Assembly: GCA_012744275.1 (NCBI GenBank)
Contig: JAAYIE010000003.1
Span: 795-64,794, forward strand
DNA from: Desulfobulbaceae bacterium
GTDB taxonomy: Bacteria; Desulfobacterota; Desulfobulbia; Desulfobulbales; Desulfobulbaceae
Direction: 5' to 3'
Length of the DNA stretch: 64,000 nt
The first letter of the stretch is position 1; each line of letters begins with the position of its first letter. The notes under the pieces are model-generated. The model had not been told where the DNA came from. It saw nothing but the letters and a program-made list of their open reading frames with translations, and searched no databases. This document shows, piece by piece, positions 28,096-38,001 of the stretch. The position numbers and the translations under genes were made by a program.

Positions 28096-28845
28096 TCAGG
28101 AGAGGTTTTCCATTATTTCGTCGGGGATGTCGAAGTTGGCATGCACCTTCTGCACATCATCGTGATCTTCCAGGCTTTCCAGCAAACGCAGGATTGATTG
28201 GGCAGTCTTTTCCTCGCTGACCTCAACCGTGGTTCGCGGGATCATAACCAGCCCGGCATCGCTGAACTGGAAATTATTGGCCTCAAGCTGCTCCACCACG
28301 TCGTTAAAATCTTCTGGCGCAGTCAGGATCTGATAGCTGTCTTCCTCCTCAACAATGTCCTCAGCTCCTGCCTCCAGGGCCAATTCCATGAGCGCGTCTT
28401 CGCGCACATCTTCTTTGTTCACAATCATCGAGCCTTTCTTGTCAAACATCCAGGCCACACAGTTGGACTCGCCCAGATTGCCGCCACTTTTAGCAAAAAA
28501 ATGACGGATGTCGGCAACGGTACGGTTCTTATTGTCGGTCATGGTTTCCACCAAGATGGCAACCCCGCCCGGCCCATAACCCTCGTAGAGGATTTCTTCG
28601 TACACAGCCCCATCCAGGTCGCCTGTGCCTTTTTTAATGGCCCGGTCGATATTGTCCTTGGGCATATTTTCTGTCTTGGCGGCGGTAATGGCACTGCGCA
28701 GGCGCGGATTGCCCATTGGATCGCCGCCGCCGGTTCTGGCGGCAAGGGTGATTTCCTTGATCAGTTTGGTGAACATTTTGCCGCGCTTGGCGTCATTTGC
28801 TCCCTTCTTCCGCTTGATGGTACTCCACTTTGAATGGCCGGACAC
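28096..28845 (-). CDS. yebC: YebC/PmpR family DNA-binding transcriptional regulator
   Basis: (V/M)[31 protein letters not shown]. The GTG at 28845 has GGAG 8 nt upstream. Confidence 0.92.
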   Translation of the reverse strand: MSGHSKWSTIKRKKGANDAKRGKMFTKLIKEITLAARTGGGDPMGNPRLRSAITAAKTENMPKDNIDRAIKKGTGDLDGAVYEEILYEGYGPGGVAILVETMTDNKNRTVADIRHFFAKSGGNLGESNCVAWMFDKKGSMIVNKEDVREDALMELALEAGAEDIVEEEDSYQILTAPEDFNDVVEQLEANNFQFSDAGLVMIPRTTVEVSEEKTAQSILRLLESLEDHDDVQKVHANFDIPDEIMENLS

Positions 28846-28864
28846 GCGTGTTACTCCTTTAAAT

Positions 28865-29482
28865 TCAACGGTTTGTTTCGGGCAATTTTGGCCGCTGGTA
28901 GCCCTGGCCCAGCACAAAGACCTCTCGGCTTTCCTGACGGGAACTCTGCGGTTTCAGCACCTTGACCGTGGTAAACAGTGCTTTGCACTCCTTAAGGAAG
29001 GCAGGGAAATCCGCCCCTTGAAACACCTTGCAGTACAGAGTGCCATTATCGTGCAGGAGGCGCTGCGCCAGTTCCAGCACCCGGCGACAGAGCCTGAGTG
29101 ACTGCTGATGATCCGCATACTGGCTGCCAGTGGTGGCTGGGGCCATGTCACTGAGCAGCACATGGAAACCAGGCCACTTTTTGTGCAAAACACCAATGAG
29201 TTCCTCAGAAAAGACATCATAACAAAGCCTGTGCATTTCAGCATTGGCTTTTTGCGGCTCCGCTGGGCGCTGCAGATCTACCCCGACGACCACGCCCTTT
29301 GGGCCGACACAACTGGCCGCATACAGGCTCCAACTGCCCGGATGGCAACCCAGGTCCAGCACCCGCTGACCAGGCTTCAAAAAACGGTGCTTAAGCTGGG
29401 CCTCTTCCAACTTGTAGACCGAGCGGGCCGGATAGTTGTCCTTTTTCGCCTTGTGGAAGTAAAAATCTTTTTCCTTGCGCAT
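28865..29482 (-). CDS. rlmE: 23S rRNA (uridine2552-2'-O)-methyltransferase RlmE/FtsJ
   Basis: [36 protein letters not shown] plus the SAM-methyltransferase fold pattern and LSDMAP. Confidence 0.9.
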   Translation of the reverse strand: MRKEKDFYFHKAKKDNYPARSVYKLEEAQLKHRFLKPGQRVLDLGCHPGSWSLYAASCVGPKGVVVGVDLQRPAEPQKANAEMHRLCYDVFSEELIGVLHKKWPGFHVLLSDMAPATTGSQYADHQQSLRLCRRVLELAQRLLHDNGTLYCKVFQGADFPAFLKECKALFTTVKVLKPQSSRQESREVFVLGQGYQRPKLPETNR

Positions 29483-29485
29483 GGT

Positions 29486-31102
29486 TTATTTGCCAACCTT
29501 TTCTTCTTGAACGATTGCAGCCGCCATGCTTTGGGCAAGGCCCAACGCCTCGGCGCGGCTTGTGATCTCGCCTTCCATGCGGGCCAGGTCCACGGCCTCA
29601 AGGATGGTTCTGAACAAGGGCCCTGGGGTCAAGCCAAGCTCTTCGATCAAGTCTCTGCCACCCAAAAGGGGTGGACTGCTCTGCACCGGCAGCACCCGAT
29701 CGTCCCGCACCTGCTGCAAACGTGTGGCCAGTTCCGCCACCTCGTGCTCCATGTTTTCCGGCCGCGACTCTCCTTTGCCAGCCAGAGCATCGGCCTGGGC
29801 CAGCAGCAAGAGGCCCGGTAACTCCTCGCCCACGGCTCGCACCAGCCTGATACAGGCCTTCAAACTCAAATCACCCTGGCGGGCCACGTTGAGCAGGTGA
29901 AAGGGCCGCATGTGCTGGCTAATGAGGAGCGAAATACGCTCGGTCTGCCTGGTGCTCCAACGCAAGCGCTTAGCCAGAGCCTGAACCAGCGCAACGCCAG
30001 CCTGTTCGTGCTGATAAAAGGTGATGCGGCCATCCGGCCCGCTAGCCTGGGCCCAGGTGGCGGGTTTACCCAGATCGTGCAAGAGCGCCGCCCACTTCAG
30101 GATGAGGATGTTGTGCTCATCGCTCAGCCAAGCGCGCATAAGCTGGCCGCAACCCGGGAAACCCTGCTCCGGCTCGGCGATGAGCAGTTCAACCTGGTGC
30201 AGGGCTTCCAAACTGTGACCAAGCACATCAAGATGATGGCTGGCGGGCTGCTGCACGCCTGCGCTCGCAGCCAGTTCTGGCAAAACCTCAAAAAGAAGAC
30301 CATTTGCCTGCATGGCCAGAATGGCCCCATGGCTGCGGGGGGACAGCATAAGCGCATTCAGCTCTGCAGCCACCCGCTCGGCAGCGGAACGTCTGATGAG
30401 CGCATGATCGCGCTGGATGGCCGCACTGGTTGCCGTATCCAGCCTGCAGTCAAGGGTGGCAGCCAGGCGAAAGGCACGCAACATACGCAGGGGATCGCTG
30501 CTAAAGGCCTCGGCATGGGTCATGCGGATGAGGCGCTCTTTGATGTCGGCATAGCCACCACAAGGATCAAGCAGGGGAAGCGCTAGGCCGGTATCCCCAG
30601 CTTGTCCGTCAAGCAGGTTATCCAGAGAAACAGCCAGGGCATTGATGGTAAAATCCCGCAACTGCAGATCTTCTTCAATTGTGTTTGTGCCTTCTCGGAA
30701 GGCAGCCACATCAATCACCAGGCCGCCACTCACCACCCTGGCCACGTCTTCGCCCGCATCCAGAGGCACAAAAGCACCGTTTGTGCATTCAGCGAGCGTT
30801 TGTGCAAAATGCTGCGCGCCCTGGGCTATGGTCAAGTCAATGTCATGCGGTATGCGGCCCAACAGTAGGTCACGCAGACTGCCACCGCTCAGGTACAACT
30901 CCTGCCCGCACTCTCGCCGCAGGATGGCGAGTTCCTTTCGCAACCAAGGTGGCACTATACCATCAAGCTGACTGAGGTAAAGATGATTCAATGTTTTAAT
31001 ACAAGAAGAAGGCTCATGCGGAAAACACCCGCCTATGTCACCTGCAGAGGCCAGGAATAAATCTGTACGCGCCTCCGAAATACACTGCTTTGTAGGATAC
31101 AT
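29486..31102 (-). CDS. tRNA nucleotidyltransferase (CCA-adding)/poly(A) polymerase family protein with HD domain
   Basis: Pol-beta NT head motif GGSLRDLLLGRIPHDIDL, RLDTA..., and HD motif LLHDLGKP. 538 aa. Confidence 0.8.
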   Translation of the reverse strand: MYPTKQCISEARTDLFLASAGDIGGCFPHEPSSCIKTLNHLYLSQLDGIVPPWLRKELAILRRECGQELYLSGGSLRDLLLGRIPHDIDLTIAQGAQHFAQTLAECTNGAFVPLDAGEDVARVVSGGLVIDVAAFREGTNTIEEDLQLRDFTINALAVSLDNLLDGQAGDTGLALPLLDPCGGYADIKERLIRMTHAEAFSSDPLRMLRAFRLAATLDCRLDTATSAAIQRDHALIRRSAAERVAAELNALMLSPRSHGAILAMQANGLLFEVLPELAASAGVQQPASHHLDVLGHSLEALHQVELLIAEPEQGFPGCGQLMRAWLSDEHNILILKWAALLHDLGKPATWAQASGPDGRITFYQHEQAGVALVQALAKRLRWSTRQTERISLLISQHMRPFHLLNVARQGDLSLKACIRLVRAVGEELPGLLLLAQADALAGKGESRPENMEHEVAELATRLQQVRDDRVLPVQSSPPLLGGRDLIEELGLTPGPLFRTILEAVDLARMEGEITSRAEALGLAQSMAAAIVQEEKVGK

Positions 31103-31176
31103 TCATTTTAAACATCTCCTGACAATCCAAATCCAAAGGTTTTTTCTGGGACAAATTTGAGTCTTTATCATGAGTA

Positions 31177-34100
31177 TCAACCGCCCCGACGATTTTCTTC
31201 AAACATATCCACCGGCATTGAATATCGAAGGCGCCAGACCATCTTAATCGGCCTTTCACTCTCATAGCTCACCCGCTCTGCCGGCCCAAGATAGGTGAAG
31301 GGCACCGTGCAGTTATTATACTTTTTCTGGTCGCGAGCAAAAATCAGAATCGTATAGCTTCGCGACTGATGATATATCAAATTCTGACCGTCGTTGTGAT
31401 GCTGGGCCGTGTTAGCCTGTGATTCCCAATGCAAAAGTTCCCGGCTGATTGGATAGTCAGCGTACATGGTGCTAGGCGAAAATTCCTTTTCGGTTTTCTG
31501 AAAAGTAACTAAGAGTACATAAGTCCGCACCTCCACAAAATGCAAAACTCCCACGCCTCGTTGACCAGCACTCGCCAAGGTTGCTGCACCTAAGGCCGCT
31601 AAAATATCTTTACTGCCATAACGGGCATGCAATTCAAGCGGACAGGCAAAGGGTAATTCCGGAAGGATGCCGTTAACCGGTGTCACCATTTCCGCCCAAG
31701 CCAAGACTTCATCGATATCATCGAGCATAGAAGGATTTCGGCTTAGCCGCTGAAAAGACTCTTCCAAAGAAGCTATGCCGAGGGGTGCACCATGGACCGC
31801 CCACAAACGATAGTGGATCGCATTTGCGTATTCACCGGCCAAGATGAGAGCCTTTCCCACCTTTTCCTGCCTGAGTGCATTGACCACACAGCGGAGGCGT
31901 GCCAGCTCCCTAGGCCCGGAAACAAAGGCGGCCCGCACCTGGGCTTTTTTAAGGCGGTCAAGATCGGGGTCAGCAGGTACAGGCGCTAACTGGGCTCGCG
32001 CTTTCCACCCGGTCCAGCTTTCGGCCACCAGCAGCCTTTCCGGCTCGTAGTCGTGGTAGCGCACGAAATTACCAAAGGTGAGTTCCTGCGAAGTCTCGGC
32101 GGTAAATGTCCGCAACCTTTCCGGCACCTGAGTAGCTAAGTTGCGAAGGTTGGTTCTGATGTTCTCAAGAACATACTGCCGGGAAAGCTTGTCCAACTGG
32201 ATCGAGCAGCCCGACGGCAGATGGGGAAAATTGTGCTCCACTTCACGGTCGATAGAAAAACGATGCTTCGGTAACAGGGCCTTCAGTTTGGTGTCCATGC
32301 GATAGCGCCGGTGCACCTGGCCGACGAAATCGAGTACGGTGAGACAATCCTTTCCCGGCGCATGTCGCAAGCCCCGGCCCAGTTGTTGGAGGAAAACGGT
32401 CAGACTCTCCGTGGGGCGCAGAAAGAGCACGGTATTGATTTCCGGCAGGTCAATCCCTTCACTTAACTTATCCACAGTAAACAGGAAGGAGAGCCGACCC
32501 ATCCTCAACTCTTCCAGCATGGCAGCACAACTCGCATGGTCAGTATCAGAGACAAAGGCGTCAGCGGGAATGCCTCGCTCGTTGAACGCCGCTGCCATAA
32601 ACCGAGCATGATTGATGGAAACACAGAACCCCACACCCTTGACTGCCTCTAGGTTGGGTTCATACCGATCCAATGCCCCAAAGATGGCATCAAGCCTTTG
32701 CCTCGCCTGAGGATGGGCGCCGATGTAGACTTTTTCAAGTTCGCCCACATCATATCGGCCATTCCGCCAAAAACGGTCCGCATCAATGACCACTGGATCT
32801 GCTACACCAAAATAATGGAAGGGACAGAGGAGTTTTTCTTCCAGCGCCTCGGGAAGGCGGATTTCGGCAGCAAAACGGTTGCCAAAATCGGTGGCTACAT
32901 TGCCACCATCCATCCGTTCCGGGGTGGCGGTAAGGCCAAGTAAAATTTTCGGGGAAAAGTGGTCGAAAAGCGGTCGATAGCTGGATGCTGGGCCATGATG
33001 AGCCTCATCAACCACGATATAGTCGTAAAATTTATGCCCTACTTGTTCCCATAACCGCCGGCTGGCAAGCATCTGCACTGAGCAAAAAAGATGCTCCAGA
33101 CGTGTGGCAGTAAAGGGACCGACCAGCAACTCACCAAAATTTGCGTTGCGCAATACGTTTCGGAAAGTACTAAGGGCCTGTTGCAAGATTTCTTGACGGT
33201 GAGCAATAAAAAGTAAATTGGCCTGTCGGTTCTTCTGCAAATAAAAACGCTTATAATCAAAGGCAGCAATGACCGTCTTGCCAGTGCCTGTCGCAGCGAT
33301 GACCAAATTTCGAAAGTGCTGGCGGGCTGCCCGCTCTCTCTCCAGGGCTTCGAGTATTCGTTCCTGGAAGGGGTGTGGGCGTAAGTCAAAGAAGACGGCG
33401 GGCGAATTGGCGCCGGCAGCCCGAGCACGGGCGATGGCCTGGCGGAGCGGCACCGCGTCGTGAGGATCGAAAGAAACAAATTCACGGCTGTGCCAATAGG
33501 TAGCAAACTCAGCGGTAAACTTCTCCAGGATATGCGGCGAATCCTGAGCCGTAACCTTAAGATTCCATTCCAAGCCACTGGTCATAGCAGCATGGGACAT
33601 GTTTGCCGAGCCAATATAGCCGGTGGAAAATCCGGACTTTCTCTTAAAATGGTAGGCCTTGGCATGGAGCCTTGTCCTCCCGGTGTCGTAGGAAATTCTG
33701 ATCTCGACGTTGGGTTCTGCTGCTAGCCATTCAATGGCCGGCGCGTCGGATGCCCCCATGTATGAAGTTGTGATGAGCCGGACCGGAACCTTACGTTCCC
33801 GCAACTCTTCAAATCCGGCCCTTAACAACCGCAGTCCAGACCATTTAATGAACGAGACCAGGATATCGACTTCATCCGCCGAACGCATTTCCTCCAGCAG
33901 CTCATGAACCAACTGCGGCTCCCGAGGGGCGCCCGTAAAAAGGCTGCTTTCCACTATAGAAGTCTGAGGCCTGGCAATGCCTGGCCGACTGTAATGAGGA
34001 GGGGTGATCTCCAGCAGAAGGGCCTTTCGTACTGCTACGAGTTTATGCTGTTCCAGGTGCGCCAATCCCGTCTCTTCGACAAGCAGGTCGATTATCCGAT

Positions 34101-34305
34101 TTGCCAAGGACAGCCGCTTTTCTGGCTTATCAACTTCTCGCAGAGTTTGTTCGATAATTTTTGCGACAAAAGCGGTGTAACGGGCCGGCTGTTCCTCTTC
34201 GTCAACTTTACCGAAAATCGTCCGTAATTCAGGAATTTGACCGAGGATATCCTGCCAAGATTTATCGAGCAGGGCGTCGTATATGCCGAATGATGGCTTT
34301 TCCAT
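31177..34305 (-). CDS. PLD-family (HKD) nuclease / SF2 DEAH helicase / DUF3427 fusion protein
   Basis: HKD motif LHAKAYHFKRKSGFSTGYIGSANMS. Helicase motif I AATGTGKT, II VVDEAHH, III GLTATPER, VI QQLGRGLR. The C-terminal ~130 aa match my recollection of DUF3427. The ATG at 34305 overlaps the NUDIX stop (TAATG). Confidence 0.85.
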   Translation of the reverse strand: MEKPSFGIYDALLDKSWQDILGQIPELRTIFGKVDEEEQPARYTAFVAKIIEQTLREVDKPEKRLSLANRIIDLLVEETGLAHLEQHKLVAVRKALLLEITPPHYSRPGIARPQTSIVESSLFTGAPREPQLVHELLEEMRSADEVDILVSFIKWSGLRLLRAGFEELRERKVPVRLITTSYMGASDAPAIEWLAAEPNVEIRISYDTGRTRLHAKAYHFKRKSGFSTGYIGSANMSHAAMTSGLEWNLKVTAQDSPHILEKFTAEFATYWHSREFVSFDPHDAVPLRQAIARARAAGANSPAVFFDLRPHPFQERILEALERERAARQHFRNLVIAATGTGKTVIAAFDYKRFYLQKNRQANLLFIAHRQEILQQALSTFRNVLRNANFGELLVGPFTATRLEHLFCSVQMLASRRLWEQVGHKFYDYIVVDEAHHGPASSYRPLFDHFSPKILLGLTATPERMDGGNVATDFGNRFAAEIRLPEALEEKLLCPFHYFGVADPVVIDADRFWRNGRYDVGELEKVYIGAHPQARQRLDAIFGALDRYEPNLEAVKGVGFCVSINHARFMAAAFNERGIPADAFVSDTDHASCAAMLEELRMGRLSFLFTVDKLSEGIDLPEINTVLFLRPTESLTVFLQQLGRGLRHAPGKDCLTVLDFVGQVHRRYRMDTKLKALLPKHRFSIDREVEHNFPHLPSGCSIQLDKLSRQYVLENIRTNLRNLATQVPERLRTFTAETSQELTFGNFVRYHDYEPERLLVAESWTGWKARAQLAPVPADPDLDRLKKAQVRAAFVSGPRELARLRCVVNALRQEKVGKALILAGEYANAIHYRLWAVHGAPLGIASLEESFQRLSRNPSMLDDIDEVLAWAEMVTPVNGILPELPFACPLELHARYGSKDILAALGAATLASAGQRGVGVLHFVEVRTYVLLVTFQKTEKEFSPSTMYADYPISRELLHWESQANTAQHHNDGQNLIYHQSRSYTILIFARDQKKYNNCTVPFTYLGPAERVSYESERPIKMVWRLRYSMPVDMFEENRRGG

Positions 34306-34724
34306 TAATCCCAAGTCTCATGCCGGTGGCGGCAATAAGAAGCCAAGACTGGCAGATCAGCCTCTGCCCAGTCTACTGTGTGGAGTTTATCCAGAGGGAG
34401 CCATTGCAAGGCTGCATGCTCGAGTAGGCGGGGCTCTTCGTTATTTAAGGAACAGATAAACGGGTACAAGGTCACCGTAAAGAAAGAATAACTGTGCGTA
34501 GATGGGTTGAGCTGGCTGGTAATGATAGCTTTCACTCCCATCTCTTCATGTATTTCTCGGACAATACATCCTTCAGGAGATTCATCCTGTCGAATCTTTC
34601 CGCCGGGAAACTCCCACTTCAGCGGAAGGGTCATAGTTTCGCTGCGTTGAGCAACAAGTACAAGACCGCCCCGTTCAATGATTGCGCAAGCGACGTGAAT
34701 ATGTGGTCTGGTCTCGTCAGGCAT
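34305..34724 (-). CDS. NUDIX hydrolase (MutT/NudG-like (d)NTP pyrophosphohydrolase)
   Basis: Nudix box GGKIRQDESPEGCIVREIHEEMGV, 139 aa. Confidence 0.85.
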   Translation of the reverse strand: MPDETRPHIHVACAIIERGGLVLVAQRSETMTLPLKWEFPGGKIRQDESPEGCIVREIHEEMGVKAIITSQLNPSTHSYSFFTVTLYPFICSLNNEEPRLLEHAALQWLPLDKLHTVDWAEADLPVLASYCRHRHETWD

Positions 34725-35049
34725 ATCCTACCTAAATGTACTGCTGCATTTGTGATCCTTCTAAAAAATAATTATGCGGAAATGTTTGCAGCCTCGCAGC
34801 GTCACGGACAGTAATGCTGCGACACTGCGTAATGAATGTAATAAATGGCAATCCTTAGAGACATAACTCAGGACAGTAGCCGCTGGTTTGGAGGCAAGCT
34901 GCACCCTGAAACGGTCAAAAAAGTTTCCAGACCGATTTGCTTTGTGTACATCTTTGTGGGTTAAAAAGGGAATTTCCTGTTGTCGTAATCCAGGAAGATA
35001 GCTTGGAGGCGAGATAAATCGGCCCTGCCGTGTCTTTCGCCTGCTGCCA

Positions 35050-36090
35050 TCAAACCATCAACTCCTGAACCTGCTCATCGGCAAGCGGATCAAAACGCGC
35101 CTCCTGTACGCCAGTATCCCGCTCAATGCGCACCACACCTGCCGCTGCCCTGCCCTCAACTTTTTTCGCGTAGCGCAGCAGCAGCCCGGCCAGGGTGGCT
35201 TCAAGCTCGTCCAACTGTAACGCAGTCAATTCGGCTGCTGCTCTCCTCCGTAGCAGGCCCACTGGCCCAGGCCGGTCTACCATGTGCAGGAGCCAGTCAT
35301 CCGGCTGACGCAGGGCCATGATCCGCTCGTTATCCTTTTGATCCCGGCCCAGAACAAACCACAGACCCGGCGCAGGTTCAAAATGCCGCCCAAAGAGGAG
35401 CAAGCGGAAATCATCCACCAGGGCAGCACCTTTGGCCTCGGCAAAAATGCCTGGTGAAAAATGGCGAAAACGGGCAGCCAGGTTCACGTCGGCCAGTAAA
35501 CAACCGCCAGCCGGAGCCGGATAATCGTGGATCTGAAAATGCGCGGCCAATTGCTGCTGTTCTGTGCGGCCGCGGCCGGATATACGCAAGAGCTGCTCGC
35601 GCTCAACCAGGCCCTGCAGTTCCGCCTGGGTGGGCAACATGAGCTGAGCGCACAGGGGCCTGAGCAAAATGCCTTCGCAGCCGGATTCGCGCTCAATCAC
35701 CCGCAGGGTATCGCGCCGCTGCGACATGGGCCGCTGCCCCAGCACCTCGCCGGTGATAAGAAAGCTAGCCTGATACTCTAGCATAAGGCTGCGCGCCTGG
35801 CGCAGCATGAAAATTTTGCAGTCAATGCAGGGGTTAAAATGGCGGCCAAAGCCGTGCTGCGGCGCCTTGAGCATGTTGATGAAGTCATGGCTGACATCCA
35901 TAACCTTAACCCGGATGCCGTATTTTTCCTGCACAGCCGCACTGTAGGCCGCAACATCGTCAACATCCGCCTCAAAAAAAGGGGTGATGAATCGCAGGGC
36001 CACCACCTTCACCCCCTGGGCCATCACCACCCGGCAGGCGAGAATGGAATCCAGACCGCCGGAAAAAAGAGCCAGCGCTGTAATACTCAC
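35050..36090 (-). CDS. PP-loop ATP pyrophosphatase (ThiI/LarE-like sulfurtransferase-type, exact function unknown)
   Basis: N-terminal PP-loop ALFSGGLDS and an NPCIDCK Cys pair. 346 aa. The GTG start overlaps the recN stop (GTGA). Confidence 0.65.
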   Translation of the reverse strand: MSITALALFSGGLDSILACRVVMAQGVKVVALRFITPFFEADVDDVAAYSAAVQEKYGIRVKVMDVSHDFINMLKAPQHGFGRHFNPCIDCKIFMLRQARSLMLEYQASFLITGEVLGQRPMSQRRDTLRVIERESGCEGILLRPLCAQLMLPTQAELQGLVEREQLLRISGRGRTEQQQLAAHFQIHDYPAPAGGCLLADVNLAARFRHFSPGIFAEAKGAALVDDFRLLLFGRHFEPAPGLWFVLGRDQKDNERIMALRQPDDWLLHMVDRPGPVGLLRRRAAAELTALQLDELEATLAGLLLRYAKKVEGRAAAGVVRIERDTGVQEARFDPLADEQVQELMV

Positions 36091-37784
36091 GAATCCGCAC
36101 TCCGGGACTTGCGCGCCATCAGCTCGCGCACGTAGGCATGGGTTTGGGCGCTTGCCTGCTCGCCATCAAGCATGCGCGCAAGCTCTGCATGGCGCTCCGC
36201 TTCACTCAAGAGGGCGATGCCGGTACTGGTGCGGCCCTGTTCTACCTGCTTGGCCACCTTGAAGTGGAGATCAGCCCGGGCCGCAATCTGGGGCAGATGG
36301 GTGATGCACAGTACCTGGTGATGCCCGGCCAGCTCGCTGATTTTGCCAGCCACGGCCTCGGCGGTCTGGCCGCCAATACCTGCATCCACCTCATCAAAGA
36401 TGACGGTTGCCACCTGATCGCGCCGCGCCAAGAGGCACTTCATGGCAAGCAGCATGCGGGAAAGCTCGCCGCCGGAAACAATGCGGGAAAGCGGCTTAGC
36501 GGGCTCGCCCGGATTGGCGGAAAAGAGAAATTCCACCTCATCGCAGCCACTGGGGCGCAGCGTTTCAACACTGCCCCCTTCCGGTTTCTCTACCGCCACC
36601 ACAAACACTGCCTGGGGAAAGTTGAGCGAGGCCAGTTCAGCCTCCATCTGGGCGGCCATTTTCGTTGCAGCCTCGCTCCTGGCCTGACTGAGCAGTGTTG
36701 CGCTCTCCTGCGCCCTGCGCAACTGGCTAGCTTCTTCCTTTTCTGCCCGCCGGATTTGCTCTTCCATGGTGTCCAGCACCTCCAGCTCTGCCGCCGCTTT
36801 TTCGGCAAAGCCAAGCACATCTTCAAGCGTGGGCCCATATTTGCGCTGCAACTGCTTCAAATCCGCCAGCCTGCCGGCAATCAGCTCCAAGCGGCTGGTA
36901 TCGGTGGGCAGATCCGCCAAATATTTGGCTGCCAAGGCAGCCAAGTCCTCCACTTCAAAACCAGTGGTCGTAACCCGCTCAGCCAGGGAAGTCAGTTCAT
37001 TATCCAACAGTACAGCCTGATCCAGCTTCTTTTTGATCTCCACCAGCATATCCTGGGCCGCATTCAACTGCCGCTCCGCCGCACCCACGCTCTGCAGCAG
37101 CATTTCCGAAGACTTGAGCTGATCGCGCTCGCGAATCAGGGTCTCATCCTCCTGCGGCTGCGGCTGTATTTTGGCAATCTCTTCCACCTGCAGGCGCAGA
37201 AACTCATGCTGTTGCTCCCTGTTGGCCTCACGTTCATGCAACTTGCTGAGCGCCTCAGCTGCCTGCCGCCAGCTTTGGTAGTCAGCGCTGTAGTTCTGGC
37301 GCAATTCGCCAAGCTCAGCGTAGCTGTCGAGGAAATCCAGATGTGTGCGGGCATTGAGGAGCTGCTGCTGATCGTGCTGGCTGGCAATATTGACCAGATG
37401 GCTGCTCAGCTCGGCGGCCAGTTTGGCGGTTACTCCCTGGTCATTTACAAAGAGGCGGGAGCGACCATCTTTATGCAGAATCCTGCGGATAATGCACTGC
37501 CCGCTGACCTCATCCTGCAGGCCATGCTCTGCCAGGAGCTCGTGCAGCGCCTGGTTGGAGGGTGCCAGGGAAAAGACTGCCTCAATGGCTGCCTGGTCGC
37601 TGTCACTGCGCACCCAGGTGCTGGAACCACGCCCGCCGGTGAGCAGATTAACCGCCTGCAGGATGATGGACTTGCCTGCGCCGGTCTCGCCGGTGAGCAC
37701 GGTCAGGCCGCTCTCCCGCGAGGACAGATCCAGATGGAGCGTATCGATGAGCGCCAAATTTTGAATGCGCAACTCATGCAGCAT
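36087..37784 (-). CDS. recN: DNA repair protein RecN
   Basis: MLHELRIQNLALID, Walker A GETGAGKSIILQA, a long coiled coil, signature GGELSRMLLAMK, and Walker B VIFDEVDAGIGG. Trimmed to the ATG at 37784. Confidence 0.93.
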   Translation of the reverse strand: MLHELRIQNLALIDTLHLDLSSRESGLTVLTGETGAGKSIILQAVNLLTGGRGSSTWVRSDSDQAAIEAVFSLAPSNQALHELLAEHGLQDEVSGQCIIRRILHKDGRSRLFVNDQGVTAKLAAELSSHLVNIASQHDQQQLLNARTHLDFLDSYAELGELRQNYSADYQSWRQAAEALSKLHEREANREQQHEFLRLQVEEIAKIQPQPQEDETLIRERDQLKSSEMLLQSVGAAERQLNAAQDMLVEIKKKLDQAVLLDNELTSLAERVTTTGFEVEDLAALAAKYLADLPTDTSRLELIAGRLADLKQLQRKYGPTLEDVLGFAEKAAAELEVLDTMEEQIRRAEKEEASQLRRAQESATLLSQARSEAATKMAAQMEAELASLNFPQAVFVVAVEKPEGGSVETLRPSGCDEVEFLFSANPGEPAKPLSRIVSGGELSRMLLAMKCLLARRDQVATVIFDEVDAGIGGQTAEAVAGKISELAGHHQVLCITHLPQIAARADLHFKVAKQVEQGRTSTGIALLSEAERHAELARMLDGEQASAQTHAYVRELMARKSRSADS

Positions 37785-38001
37785 GGTGTGTTCCCATACA
37801 CGAACAGCCTGTTCATCAGGCCACAATCAGGGCAATTTCCCTTGACCCGCCTTCGGGCCGCCGGTATCTTTTTGCTGTTGCCAGCGCCTGAAAAAACCGC
37901 GCTGGTCATTGTAATCAGCCTTTCTTTATACCACAGTTTCGCTCCCATGCACAGCCCTGCCCGCCAAAGGCAAGGCCTCAACCCCAGCAGCCTTGCCCTC
38001 C

